A DNA stretch of 61,019 bases from Poseidonia sp. (GTDB lineage: Archaea; Thermoplasmatota; Poseidoniia; Poseidoniales; Poseidoniaceae), in NCBI GenBank assembly GCA_049600935.1, contig JBMYQB010000006.1, positions 1-61,019 on the forward strand, given 5' to 3'. How positions within the stretch are numbered: position 1 is the first letter of the stretch; each line of letters opens with the position of its first letter. Shown piece after piece: positions 28,926 through 38,473 of this stretch. A program made the translations under genes and the position numbers. Under the pieces are notes generated by a model that had not been told where the DNA came from, did not search any database, and saw only the letters and a list, made by a program, of their open reading frames with translations.

Positions 28926-30110
28926 CTACAATTCGGCGACGCGAAGAAGTCGGGTGGTTCTGAAACCTTGGAGGATTTTGATGAATCGCTTCGCTTGGAA
29001 TTCGGCATCAAGCGATTCGTCGCTCGTGTCGATGCGAACGGCTTCGAGTCCAATGAGTTTCGACGGCGTGGCCACCCCGAGGATGTTGCTGTGCCCAATG
29101 AGCCGAAGCACGTCCGGGGAGAGTTGCAGATTCCCGCGCCCGATGAGGAAGCCTTGGCCGCCCATGGGCGAGAGAAGCAGGAGAAGAGGGCGCGGGCTGT
29201 CTTCATTGACGTGGGCACCGATGATGTTGATGAGCGATGCTTCGTTGAGGTCGTTGTGAACGGTTGTGCCGTGTTGGACGTCGATACCCAGCAACGTGAG
29301 GTTGAGATCGAGATGCTCTCCCATTCGCCGCAACGTACCGCCGCTGCCCCAGACCACCATCAAATCGGGTTCGTCTTCCAGAAGGCTGGCCACATGGTGG
29401 GCCAATCCCTCGATGGTATCTTCCTCACTGACCCGCTCAACCTGTTCTTTTGCCCCTTGCATGAAACGTGGTGAAGAGGGCGTCCACGCCTCGCCGTACA
29501 TGCGCACCTTCCATTCGCCTTTGGCGTAAACCGTCTCGTCCAAATCCATGACCTCAGTTATGGCGGTTCGTAAATCACCGAGCGCAAAAGCAAGGGCCAC
29601 TTCTGCGGCCGCTTTTGGCGTGGTTGCGAAACAGCCCGAATGCATTTTCACGCCTCCCGGGACACCGATGAGGGCCGTTTTTTGGGCTTCTTCACCCATG
29701 GCCTCCAAGGCGTTAACGATGTCTCGGGTGGTGCCGTCTCCGCCAGCGTAAAGCAACGCATCGACGCCTGCCTTCACGAGTTCCTCCACGAGTCGTGCGG
29801 TGTCGGCCTGTGCTGTATGCGAAGGTGTTTCGCCCATCAACTCAACACCAACGTGGCCGTTCTCAGGCAAGGAGGGCAACCACGTTCCACCCATGCGACC
29901 TTCCCAGGTGAGTAACTCCAAGTTCACGTCGCTTCGGTTCAAGGACGACGAGGCCAGTGCAACGAGATGGTTGAGGCATTGATGCATTCGTGGCCCTGCG
30001 CGATCTTCTGCTCCGGCCGCCCGGGCTTCTTCGGCTCGGCCATCGCTGCCCTTGAACCCCAACTTGCCACCCAGGCCAGCATCAGGATTCACCACGATGC
30101 CCAGGCGCAT
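28926..30110 (-). CDS. ATP-NAD kinase family protein
   Basis: VVNPDAGLGG, GGDGTTRD, GVPGGVKMHSGCFA, LSPMGGQGFLIGRGN. Confidence 0.82.
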   Translation of the reverse strand: MRLGIVVNPDAGLGGKLGFKGSDGRAEEARAAGAEDRAGPRMHQCLNHLVALASSSLNRSDVNLELLTWEGRMGGTWLPSLPENGHVGVELMGETPSHTAQADTARLVEELVKAGVDALLYAGGDGTTRDIVNALEAMGEEAQKTALIGVPGGVKMHSGCFATTPKAAAEVALAFALGDLRTAITEVMDLDETVYAKGEWKVRMYGEAWTPSSPRFMQGAKEQVERVSEEDTIEGLAHHVASLLEDEPDLMVVWGSGGTLRRMGEHLDLNLTLLGIDVQHGTTVHNDLNEASLINIIGAHVNEDSPRPLLLLLSPMGGQGFLIGRGNLQLSPDVLRLIGHSNILGVATPSKLIGLEAVRIDTSDESLDAEFQAKRFIKILQGFRTTRLLRVAEL

Positions 30111-30218
30111 GACCTACGCTCTCGCTGCTCCCTCAAATAGGCGCGCTTGTCGTCATTTCTCCTCGTTGCGTAGAATAAACACCCGAGCCTTCTTGAGGAA
30201 GACCGGAAATGGCACCTC

Positions 30219-30530
30219 ATGAAACGGGCACCGTCGGACACACCGAACCTCGACGACATTCTCCAACGTGATTTCGCAGAACTCAAGGTTGGCGAGCAAC
30301 ACTTGCCCGAAACTGCGCCTCCAAAGAAAGCGGAAGAACAACCAGCAGAATCACCACAACGTCCCAAGGTCTACAACCAGCGCATCAACGCCGTCGAGGA
30401 CCGAGAGGTGTTTGCGGTAAAGCCGCCCCAGGCAGCGAAAACAGAGGAAACCTCCGAACAAACCTCCACACCCACGGTGCTGAAAACCCCATCAGCCCAA
30501 CCGGGTGACGACTTCGATGTTGAGTGGTAG
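30219..30530 (+). CDS. Small, largely disordered hypothetical protein
   Basis: 103-aa ORF rich in P/E/Q/T, ending DDFDVEW, between NAD kinase and thrS. Confidence 0.55.
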   Translation: MKRAPSDTPNLDDILQRDFAELKVGEQHLPETAPPKKAEEQPAESPQRPKVYNQRINAVEDREVFAVKPPQAAKTEETSEQTSTPTVLKTPSAQPGDDFDVEW

Positions 30531-30600
30531 AACGCAAGAATGCGCTAAAATCCAGGCGCGGGATTCATAGCAAGGATTCAACCCCATAGGGGTTGAGGGA

Positions 30601-32637
30601 GTGGCGACAAGCATGACCATGATTCACATCACCTTGCCCGACGGAACCGTCAACGAGTACGCCTCGGGCATCACCTGTGGTGAGGTCATCGTGGATGCTT
30701 TGGGCAAAAAACACGGTTGCCTTGCGGCCCGAGTAGACGGCCAGGAATGCGACCTTTCAACCGTTTTGGACGTCAACTGTTCCGTCGAAGGCATTGCGGC
30801 CGATTCCGATGAGGGCATCCACATCCTTCGCCACTCTGCAGCCCACCTGCTGGCGCAGGCCGTAATGGAACTTTACCCTGGTGCGTTGCCCACCATCGGA
30901 CCTGCCATTGACCGCGGCTTTTACTACGACTTTGCGATGGAACCCATTGCTCAGGGCGACCTGAAGAAAATTGAGAAAAAAATGCAGGAGCTCGCTCGGC
31001 GCAATCTGACGGTCGAACGGGTTGAACTCGACCAAACCAGTCTGCGAGAGCACTTTGAAAGCAACCCGTACAAACTCGAAATCATCGACGACAAACTCGA
31101 GGCTGGCGATGGCTCTACGATTTACAAACAGGGCGAATGGTACGACCTCTGCCTTGGTCCGCACGTGCCCAGCACCTCAAAACTGATGTTCGTTCGATTG
31201 ACGTCGGTATCAACGGCCTACTGGCGAGGTGATCAGGACCGTGAACAACTGGTTCGGATTTACGGCTTGGTTGAGCCAACCAAAGAAGCCCTCAAAGCCA
31301 CGCTCACTCGCATGGAAGAGGCCAAAAAGCGAGACCATCGGAAACTGGGCAAGGATTTGCAACTGTTCCACATTGACGAAGAAGTGGGCCAGGGCCTCAT
31401 CCTTTGGACGCCCCGAGGTGCCGTCGTTCGCCAAGAGTTGCAAGATTTCATTTCCCATCATCTTCGCCGACAAGGCTACGCCCAGGTCTTTACTCCACAC
31501 ATCGGAAAACTGGACTTGTACCGAACATCAGGACATTTCCCTTACTACCAGGAGTCGCAATACCCGCCGCTTGTTGAACGAGAACTGATGAAGAAATTGG
31601 CCGACGAAGGCTGCACGTGCGGCGACCTTTCCAACATGATGAAATCGGGTGAAATCGATGGCTACATGCTCAAGCCGATGAACTGCCCTCATCACGTCAA
31701 GATCTACGCCAGTCAACCTCGCTCCTACCGAAACTTACCCCTTCGATTGGCTGAATTTGGAACGGTGTACCGTTGGGAACAATCCGGTGAAATCTCAGGC
31801 ATGACCCGCGTTCGCGGATTCACGCAAGACGATGCTCATCTCTTCGTGACCGAGGACCAACTTGCCGAGGAAGTGTTGGGCTGCATTGAACTCGTGCAGA
31901 TTATTTTTGACAAACTTGGCATGAAAGACTACCGCGTTCGTGTCGGTCTGCGAGACCCGGATTCAACCAAATACGTCGGCGACCCAAAGCGATGGGACAA
32001 AGCAGAGGAAGCCTGCCGTGCGGCAGCCGAATCGCTCGGTGTGCCGTGGTCGGAAGAGGAAGGGGAAGCAGCCTTTTACGGACCGAAAATTGACTTCGTG
32101 GTCAAGGATGTCATCGGACGTGAATGGCAATTGGGGACCGTCCAAGTCGACTACAACCTTCCTGAGCGCTTTGACCTGAACTACAAGGGAAGTGACGGCG
32201 AACTGCACCGACCCGTTATGATTCATCGCGCCCCGTTCGGATCCATGGAACGGTTCTGTGGCGTGTTGATCGAACACTTTGCTGGCCGCTTCCCCACCTG
32301 GTTGACGCCAACACAGTGTCATCTCATCACGATTCGAGAAGAGCACACAGCGTACGCCGGACGTGTGGCGGATGCTCTTCGGGCCGAAGGCGTTCGGGTC
32401 GAGGTTGACGATTCATCCAACAACATCATGAAGAAAATTCGCAATCATCGAAAACTTCAGCCCGCCTACCTCGTCATTCTTGGGGATGACGAGATGAAGA
32501 ACGAAACCGTAAGTTTGCGTGCAAGAAACGGCGACCAAATTGCGGGCATCCCGCTCACCACCTTCGTTGCCGACCTCATGAGCGAAATTGAGGAAAAAAT
32601 CCCTCAACCTTCGCTGGTTCCGCCTTCAACCGAGTGA
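30601..32637 (+). CDS. thrS: Threonyl-tRNA synthetase, bacterial type (TGS plus SAD editing domain)
   Basis: ITLPDG, HSAAHLLAQA, DLCLGPH, RDHRKLG, KPMNCPH, RVRGFTQDDAH, FYGPKID, HRAPFGSMERF. Start 30601 (GTG) or 30613. Confidence 0.98.
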   Translation: MATSMTMIHITLPDGTVNEYASGITCGEVIVDALGKKHGCLAARVDGQECDLSTVLDVNCSVEGIAADSDEGIHILRHSAAHLLAQAVMELYPGALPTIGPAIDRGFYYDFAMEPIAQGDLKKIEKKMQELARRNLTVERVELDQTSLREHFESNPYKLEIIDDKLEAGDGSTIYKQGEWYDLCLGPHVPSTSKLMFVRLTSVSTAYWRGDQDREQLVRIYGLVEPTKEALKATLTRMEEAKKRDHRKLGKDLQLFHIDEEVGQGLILWTPRGAVVRQELQDFISHHLRRQGYAQVFTPHIGKLDLYRTSGHFPYYQESQYPPLVERELMKKLADEGCTCGDLSNMMKSGEIDGYMLKPMNCPHHVKIYASQPRSYRNLPLRLAEFGTVYRWEQSGEISGMTRVRGFTQDDAHLFVTEDQLAEEVLGCIELVQIIFDKLGMKDYRVRVGLRDPDSTKYVGDPKRWDKAEEACRAAAESLGVPWSEEEGEAAFYGPKIDFVVKDVIGREWQLGTVQVDYNLPERFDLNYKGSDGELHRPVMIHRAPFGSMERFCGVLIEHFAGRFPTWLTPTQCHLITIREEHTAYAGRVADALRAEGVRVEVDDSSNNIMKKIRNHRKLQPAYLVILGDDEMKNETVSLRARNGDQIAGIPLTTFVADLMSEIEEKIPQPSLVPPSTE

Positions 32638-32643
32638 TCAACA

Positions 32644-35169
32644 ATGAGCTCTCCGTCCATCATCCAAGGTTTCTCTTTGGACATGGTCGCACCGCTCTTG
32701 TTCGCTTTTTTGACGGCATGGTTTTTTTGGCGAAACGTCGTCCCCAGGCAACTCAAAGGGTTGCAAGTCGCCTTCCCCACCGGTCAGAAAACCTACGAAG
32801 TCCACAAGGTGACCTCCAGCGTCGACGATGTTCGTCGCCTGCTCGCACGGCGAGGCACACGGCTGGGCGTCACCTCCTACCTGATGGCGCTGATGGGCAG
32901 TCTGGTGTTGTTGTTTGAATTCTTCAACTTCCGCAGCGGCGGGTCAGCGGGGTATCATTCGCCATCGGTTGCCTTTGCTCTGATTCTTATCGTGATTCCT
33001 GCTGTTGTCTCAAGTGGCACATCACTGGGCGCCCAAGTCATCAAACCCTTAGGGGTGAGTCGAGCGACCCTGCAAAGCAATTCCAATACCCGAAACGCCT
33101 CGTATGTCGCCCTGACGTTCGCTTGGTTGCTCTTGGCGCTGGCTATTGGAGAGGTCTTGGACAGCATGGGCACGTCAAAAACCACCCGCTACAGTGCCGT
33201 GGCCATGGTGGCCTTCAGCCCCGCCGTGTTGGCGTATGGACGTATTTTGGGTTCGTCGTGGAATGCCCTCAAGCAATCCTCTTCACAAATCGCCAAAGGT
33301 GGTGCGTCGCCGTTCCACAATCATCTTCCAAACGCACGTCAACAATTCATCGCTCAGGTCGTTCATCTCAACTTGGTCGCCATGCCCTACGTCGCCGTCA
33401 ATACCCTGATTTCGCTGATGGTTCTGGCGTACAATCCTGACATGTTCGTTCATTCCGACCGGGTGCTTGAGCTCCCTGAATACCGCATTCAGTCCACGTA
33501 CATGGAGGAAGGAGGCTTGCTTGGGTTTGGGTTGATTGAACTCTTTTCTCACATCCCCCAATCAGGCATCAGGGTTCCCATCGTGACCACCCTCTTGCTG
33601 TTCTTGCTGTTGAACGTCGCTGCCATTGGCTTCCTCTTCGTGTATGAAGTCGCCCGAATTCTGTTCCTCGACATTCAAGATATCTCAGGCTGGGGTGGCA
33701 TTCGTTTGGCCGACAGTCGCTTGTTGCGAGCCGAACCCATTCAACAAGCCAACGTCCTGAACTTTTGTTTCACAGGCTTTGCCGGTCAATCCATGCTCTT
33801 GCTGGCCCTGGCGATGGTCACTTTCTGGGATTCCAGTTTCCTTCCACAGGGTGATGCATGCGGCGCATGGGAAACCAGTGTGTGTTCCGTGCTCGAGAAA
33901 GACATGCTCGAACAGTTGACCTGGATGCTGGCTTCGGGAGGTCAGGTGGCCTTTTTGGTGGTCTGGGCCTTCTCGAGAAGAGGCTCGACACAGTTGAGTG
34001 AAATCACGTTTGACGCCACCATGGACGAAGACCGAACCCGCCTTCGAGGCATGAGCGACATGATCTACCTCAAACAGCGACCTGTCAACGAGTTACTCGG
34101 AAAAGACGACTGGAGTACGGCGATTGAGCGCTTTGACGACGCCACCATGAACAGAGAAGCCACGCTGGTGGGTCTGGACATGATTCGCCACACGCAAGCC
34201 AAGATGCTGCTCTTCATCGGACTTGGTCGATGGGACGAAGCAGAAGAATTGGCCGTTGACCTTCTCGCCCTTCAAGGCGGACGAGATTCACAAATCGCAA
34301 GGCTTGTGTTGTGCGCATCCAGTTTGGCCCAACGGGATTATCGGGAAGCGATTCCACGCCTCGAGGTGCTTGACAACCAGGACATCGAAGCCGTGCGCCT
34401 GCGCTGGGCCGCCAGCATTCTAAGCGGACAGAGAAAAGTGGATGAGCAAGCCTCGTCGATGCTGAGTGTCGACCCGCTACGAAAGGATAACATTCGCATG
34501 CTGACGGCGTTTGAGAACGGCGAAATGGACCTTCGAACCACACCGCCCCGACAACCTGCACAGCGAAGCATGTACCTCTCCCAACTCGCCCGCTTGCGCA
34601 TGAACGGTGAAAGCGAACGAGCACTCAACCACCTTGAACGCACGCTCGCTGGTATGGAAGGCGAACCTTGGGTTCACGGGGAACTGGTAGCGGCTCTTCT
34701 CAACCATGACGACGGGCGCCACCTCACGGCCATCAACAAGGTGAAGGCCTTGGCAAAACAACACCCTCGCCATCCACACGTCCGGGCCGTTTTGCATCAG
34801 TTCGCCGCCCTCGGAAAGGCTGAGCGCCCCGCCTCTGAACCAACAAAAATTCACTGGATATTGGAGGAAGAAACCGATTGGAAGCGTTCCTGGCCGCTTC
34901 ACAACGTTGTCATTCCACCCGTCATGGACACAACAGAACTCAAGCAACACGCTGTCAACGGGAATGCTTGGGTGATGATGCTGGGCGGTGACCTGTCCAA
35001 ACACGCCAAGAAAGGGGCGCACAACTCGCTGGACGACGAGGTCCCTATCGGGCTGTTCACTCATCTCAAAGGCATCATCATCACCATCGGCGGCATGCCT
35101 GTTGATCTTGGTCTCCCCGCCGACATCAATCTGAAAGCCGCTCGAAAGAACGGCCTGCTCGATGTTTGA
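32644..35169 (+). CDS. Large hypothetical protein: polytopic membrane N-half, TPR-like helical C-half
   Basis: 841-aa ORF with about 8-9 hydrophobic helices in residues 1-445, then helix pairs (LGRWDEAEEL, RDYREAIPRLE, GESERALNHLE). Confidence 0.75.
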   Translation: MSSPSIIQGFSLDMVAPLLFAFLTAWFFWRNVVPRQLKGLQVAFPTGQKTYEVHKVTSSVDDVRRLLARRGTRLGVTSYLMALMGSLVLLFEFFNFRSGGSAGYHSPSVAFALILIVIPAVVSSGTSLGAQVIKPLGVSRATLQSNSNTRNASYVALTFAWLLLALAIGEVLDSMGTSKTTRYSAVAMVAFSPAVLAYGRILGSSWNALKQSSSQIAKGGASPFHNHLPNARQQFIAQVVHLNLVAMPYVAVNTLISLMVLAYNPDMFVHSDRVLELPEYRIQSTYMEEGGLLGFGLIELFSHIPQSGIRVPIVTTLLLFLLLNVAAIGFLFVYEVARILFLDIQDISGWGGIRLADSRLLRAEPIQQANVLNFCFTGFAGQSMLLLALAMVTFWDSSFLPQGDACGAWETSVCSVLEKDMLEQLTWMLASGGQVAFLVVWAFSRRGSTQLSEITFDATMDEDRTRLRGMSDMIYLKQRPVNELLGKDDWSTAIERFDDATMNREATLVGLDMIRHTQAKMLLFIGLGRWDEAEELAVDLLALQGGRDSQIARLVLCASSLAQRDYREAIPRLEVLDNQDIEAVRLRWAASILSGQRKVDEQASSMLSVDPLRKDNIRMLTAFENGEMDLRTTPPRQPAQRSMYLSQLARLRMNGESERALNHLERTLAGMEGEPWVHGELVAALLNHDDGRHLTAINKVKALAKQHPRHPHVRAVLHQFAALGKAERPASEPTKIHWILEEETDWKRSWPLHNVVIPPVMDTTELKQHAVNGNAWVMMLGGDLSKHAKKGAHNSLDDEVPIGLFTHLKGIIITIGGMPVDLGLPADINLKAARKNGLLDV

Positions 35170-36954
35170 TCAAATCCTGCGGCGAAGGCGTTCCATGGCG
35201 CCGTCCGCTTGACCAAGAGCATCGAGCGTCTCCTCGATGCGGCCAACGCCAAGCATGCTTTCGGCCTCAGCGATAGCGGCTTCGCAGGCACGACGGTCGT
35301 CATCGGTAACCTTGATGCTGGCCGCTTCGCATTGATTTCTGAGGACTTTCCACTGGTCGACCACAAAGTCGTAGAGTTCCGTTGCTTCATCGCTTGCGTG
35401 TCCTTCTTTATCCAAGGCAGAGGTCATTCGCTCAAGCAACATGCCTGCGTGGGACCAGGAACGCTCATCGGCCGCTTGCGTGATTTCTTCGAGCATCGCA
35501 TCCCATTTTTCTCGGTCGTCTCGTTCAGCATATCGCTTCGTCAGCTGTTTTTTCTGTTTGAGTGCACGCAGGACATCGTCCATGGCTGCCCGTTCTCGCT
35601 CGACCGTACGGACCACGCCGTCCGCCAATCCAATGGCTTGACTCGCATTCCCTGCCTCAAGTGCCTCTTCGGCTTGCCTCAGACGTTCTTCAATATCGGT
35701 CGTATCCAGACCATCGCTCTGGTCGACCGTTCTTTTTGCTTCAGCCAAGGAGGACACCGCTCGTTCAAGGGCGCCCTCGTCGGCTTCAAGTTGTGGCAGA
35801 ATGGCCATCGCAAACTCAAAGGCTTCTTTCGGTTGTTCCTGATTCAGTTTTGCTTTGGCATCAGCGAGCAATTCACGCAATTGCGTGACTCCGGCACCCT
35901 TCTTTCCATCAAGGGCTCGGGTCGCTTCAAGGATGACATCCTCGGCTTTTGACCACCATGAAATCACCTCTGAGGCTCGCTTCTTGGCTTGGCGGTAGAG
36001 TTGTTCCCCCTCCCGCAGGGAGCCAAGTTTCACCTCTCGCTCGCCCATTTCGTAGGCCTTTCTCGGGCGTTTGACGGTAGGAGCAATGTCTTCGGCGGAT
36101 TGAACGGCTTGAAGAGCGTCCTTTCGGATGATTTCGACATCATCGGCAAAGGAAAGGGCTCGGTCCATGTCCTCCTCGCTTTCATCGAGCAGCCGCATGC
36201 CGTAATCGGGGTCGAGGTGCCCTTCCTCTTTGGCCGTGGTCAGCAAACTCGCGGCTTGGGCCACAGCTGCACCTTGGGATTTGAGTTCCAGAAGGCGGGT
36301 TTCGAGGACATCAAGGCGCTTCTTGAATCGCTTTCGCTCGGCTTTCTGATCGTCCCCAACCGTCCAGGTGTACACCGTATCAACGATGGCAGCCACGGAC
36401 ACCAAGGCGGCAACACCACCGGACACCGTCAGGAAATCGGAGGCTTGTGTCACCGTCAACACTGCGGCAGAGGCCGACCCAATACCGGTCAGAATCGCAC
36501 GAAACCTGAGAACGCCAAAATGGCCTCGCATGGTGCGATGGGAAAAGCGGTAACACGTGAACCCTGCAAGCATGATCATCAGGCTGCCGACCTGTTGCAC
36601 AGCGCCGTCATCAAGCCCCAAAGCACCCAAGCAGAGAAGAATTGGCCAGGCAACGGTGGAGGCCGATGCGACCCGCGAACGTGCGACGGCGTCATCCAGG
36701 GTCACGTCTTGAACAAAGATCCCCCAAATCAACAGCAGCAGAGGCGCTCCAAAACTGGTCAACACGACACCGTCGCCGTTCATCAGGCCCTTGATGGAAG
36801 GCCATGCGAGCCATACAGCACACACCAAGAGGGAAAGAGCCGTCAGCAGGGTCGTGTTTTCCACCCTTCGAAGGCGTTGAGCACGCTCGGCTTCAACGGC
36901 TGCATCCGCATCCGCCCATGTGACCATGCCAACGCCCTTCCCGCTGTTGCCCAT
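35170..36954 (-). CDS. Hypothetical protein: about 6 TM helices followed by tandem three-helix repeats
   Basis: GGAGTGA RBS before ATG 36954. Hydrophobic N-terminal third, then repeated A..L..A...L..G...A helices. Confidence 0.75.
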   Translation of the reverse strand: MGNSGKGVGMVTWADADAAVEAERAQRLRRVENTTLLTALSLLVCAVWLAWPSIKGLMNGDGVVLTSFGAPLLLLIWGIFVQDVTLDDAVARSRVASASTVAWPILLCLGALGLDDGAVQQVGSLMIMLAGFTCYRFSHRTMRGHFGVLRFRAILTGIGSASAAVLTVTQASDFLTVSGGVAALVSVAAIVDTVYTWTVGDDQKAERKRFKKRLDVLETRLLELKSQGAAVAQAASLLTTAKEEGHLDPDYGMRLLDESEEDMDRALSFADDVEIIRKDALQAVQSAEDIAPTVKRPRKAYEMGEREVKLGSLREGEQLYRQAKKRASEVISWWSKAEDVILEATRALDGKKGAGVTQLRELLADAKAKLNQEQPKEAFEFAMAILPQLEADEGALERAVSSLAEAKRTVDQSDGLDTTDIEERLRQAEEALEAGNASQAIGLADGVVRTVERERAAMDDVLRALKQKKQLTKRYAERDDREKWDAMLEEITQAADERSWSHAGMLLERMTSALDKEGHASDEATELYDFVVDQWKVLRNQCEAASIKVTDDDRRACEAAIAEAESMLGVGRIEETLDALGQADGAMERLRRRI

Positions 36955-37055
36955 AATCACTCCGATGAAATGAGCCCAGCCCGCTGGAGAGTGAACCGTT
37001 CCAGCGGCAATGTTCATGTGTGGTATCGGGGTGTAAAGCGTTACGAGGGAACATC

Positions 37056-37997
37056 ATGTCCGGACTCATCACCATGGATGACTTATCCAACGAAGAAATC
37101 TTGAGTATTCTGGACGATGCTCGACGCCTGTTACCCGTGGCGAAAGGCCATCTCTACCTCCCTCTTCTTCAAGGAAAAATTCTGGGCAACCTCTTCTTCG
37201 AGCCCAGCACGAGGACCCGTATGTCGTTCGAAACCGCCATGAAACGGCTTGGTGGTGATGTGGTCAACCTGGGCGATGTCAAAACATCCTCGGTGGTCAA
37301 AGGGGAAACGTTGTTTGACACCATTCAGATGGTCGACGGTTACACCGACATCATCGCCATGCGACATCCGCGTCAGGGTGCAGCTCAATACGCCCAAGAC
37401 GCAGCGCAGGTTCCCATTCTCAACGGCGGCGACGGCGCAGGCCATCACCCGACGCAAACCATGCTGGACCTCTTCACCATCCAACAGGCCCACGGACGTC
37501 TTGACGGACTCAAGGTTGTCCTCGCCGGTGATTTACGATACGGGCGTACCGTGCACTCTCTGAGCCACGCCTTGACACGATTTGGCTGTGAACTTATCTT
37601 GGCCAGTCCAAGCCTGCTCAAAATGCCACAAGAAATCGTGGCAGACCTGAACAAGCACGGTGGAAACGTAACCGAAACCGAAGATTTACTCGGCTCCATT
37701 GAATCCGCTGATGTCGTGTACATGACGCGTATTCAGAAGGAGCGATTCGCCGATGAAGATGAGTATGCGAAGGTAGCCGGCGCCTACAAACTCCACGCCT
37801 CAAACCTTGACGGCGCCAAGGAGAACATGATCATCATGCACCCCCTTCCAAGGGTTGACGAGATTCATCCTTCGGTCGACAAAACCCGCCATGCTCGGTA
37901 CTTTGAACAGGCCTTCAATGGCGTCGTTGCCCGAATGGCCTTACTCTGCAGACTCCTGAATGTTGAGGTCCCAGCAGATATTGGAGGTGATGCCTGA
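37056..37997 (+). CDS. pyrB: Aspartate carbamoyltransferase catalytic subunit
   Basis: FFEPSTRTRMSF, KGETLFDT, HPTQTMLD, GDLRYGRTVHSL, YMTRIQKERF, MHPLPRVDEI. Confidence 0.98.
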   Translation: MSGLITMDDLSNEEILSILDDARRLLPVAKGHLYLPLLQGKILGNLFFEPSTRTRMSFETAMKRLGGDVVNLGDVKTSSVVKGETLFDTIQMVDGYTDIIAMRHPRQGAAQYAQDAAQVPILNGGDGAGHHPTQTMLDLFTIQQAHGRLDGLKVVLAGDLRYGRTVHSLSHALTRFGCELILASPSLLKMPQEIVADLNKHGGNVTETEDLLGSIESADVVYMTRIQKERFADEDEYAKVAGAYKLHASNLDGAKENMIIMHPLPRVDEIHPSVDKTRHARYFEQAFNGVVARMALLCRLLNVEVPADIGGDA

Positions 37998-38473
37998 TGT
38001 CTCAAGAACACAACATGCGCCGAGTCACCGCCATTCGAAACGGTACCGTCATCGACCACATTCCCGCTGGACACGCCATGCGGGTGCTGGAGATGCTCGG
38101 CATCAACAAGAGTTCGTCCGTCCCTGTTTCCATGGTCATGAACGTTCCTTCGAAGAAGATGGGAACAAAGGACATCATCAAGGTTGAAGACCGCGAATTG
38201 AACCAAGACGAGTTGAATCGCCTTGCCTTGGTTGCGCCCGATGCGCACGTGGCCATCATCCGTGCTTACAGCGTCGCTGAGAAAATGACCATTGAGTTGG
38301 GCGATGAAATCGAAAACGTGGTGCGCTGCACCTTTTCCAACTGCATCACGACCAATCCGCGGGAGCCGTTGGCACACCGTTTGAAAATCATATCAAGGGT
38401 CCCGCTCGAGTTGCGATGTCACTATTGTGGACGGCCCCAAGACCTCGATGAACTGGTCGGGAACGTGCTCTAA
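37997..38473 (+). CDS. pyrI: Aspartate carbamoyltransferase regulatory subunit
   Basis: IRNGTVIDHIPAG, KDIIKVE, Zn ligands CTFSNC and CHYC. ATGA overlap with pyrB. Confidence 0.96.
   Translation: MSQEHNMRRVTAIRNGTVIDHIPAGHAMRVLEMLGINKSSSVPVSMVMNVPSKKMGTKDIIKVEDRELNQDELNRLALVAPDAHVAIIRAYSVAEKMTIELGDEIENVVRCTFSNCITTNPREPLAHRLKIISRVPLELRCHYCGRPQDLDELVGNVL

Noticed and set aside
31570-31662. Intein in ThrRS (also considered for Cdc48 and PyrG)
   Set aside because: The insert is far too short and lacks intein block A and terminal HN motifs. Cdc48 and PyrG have normal lengths.
35209-37104. Long antisense or alternative-frame ORFs (e.g. 35989..37104+, 52172..53767-, 3520..4389-, 15606..16502-, 46062-region + strand ORFs)
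   Set aside because: They shadow well-supported genes, have no recognisable motifs, and are expected from codon bias in GC-rich DNA.
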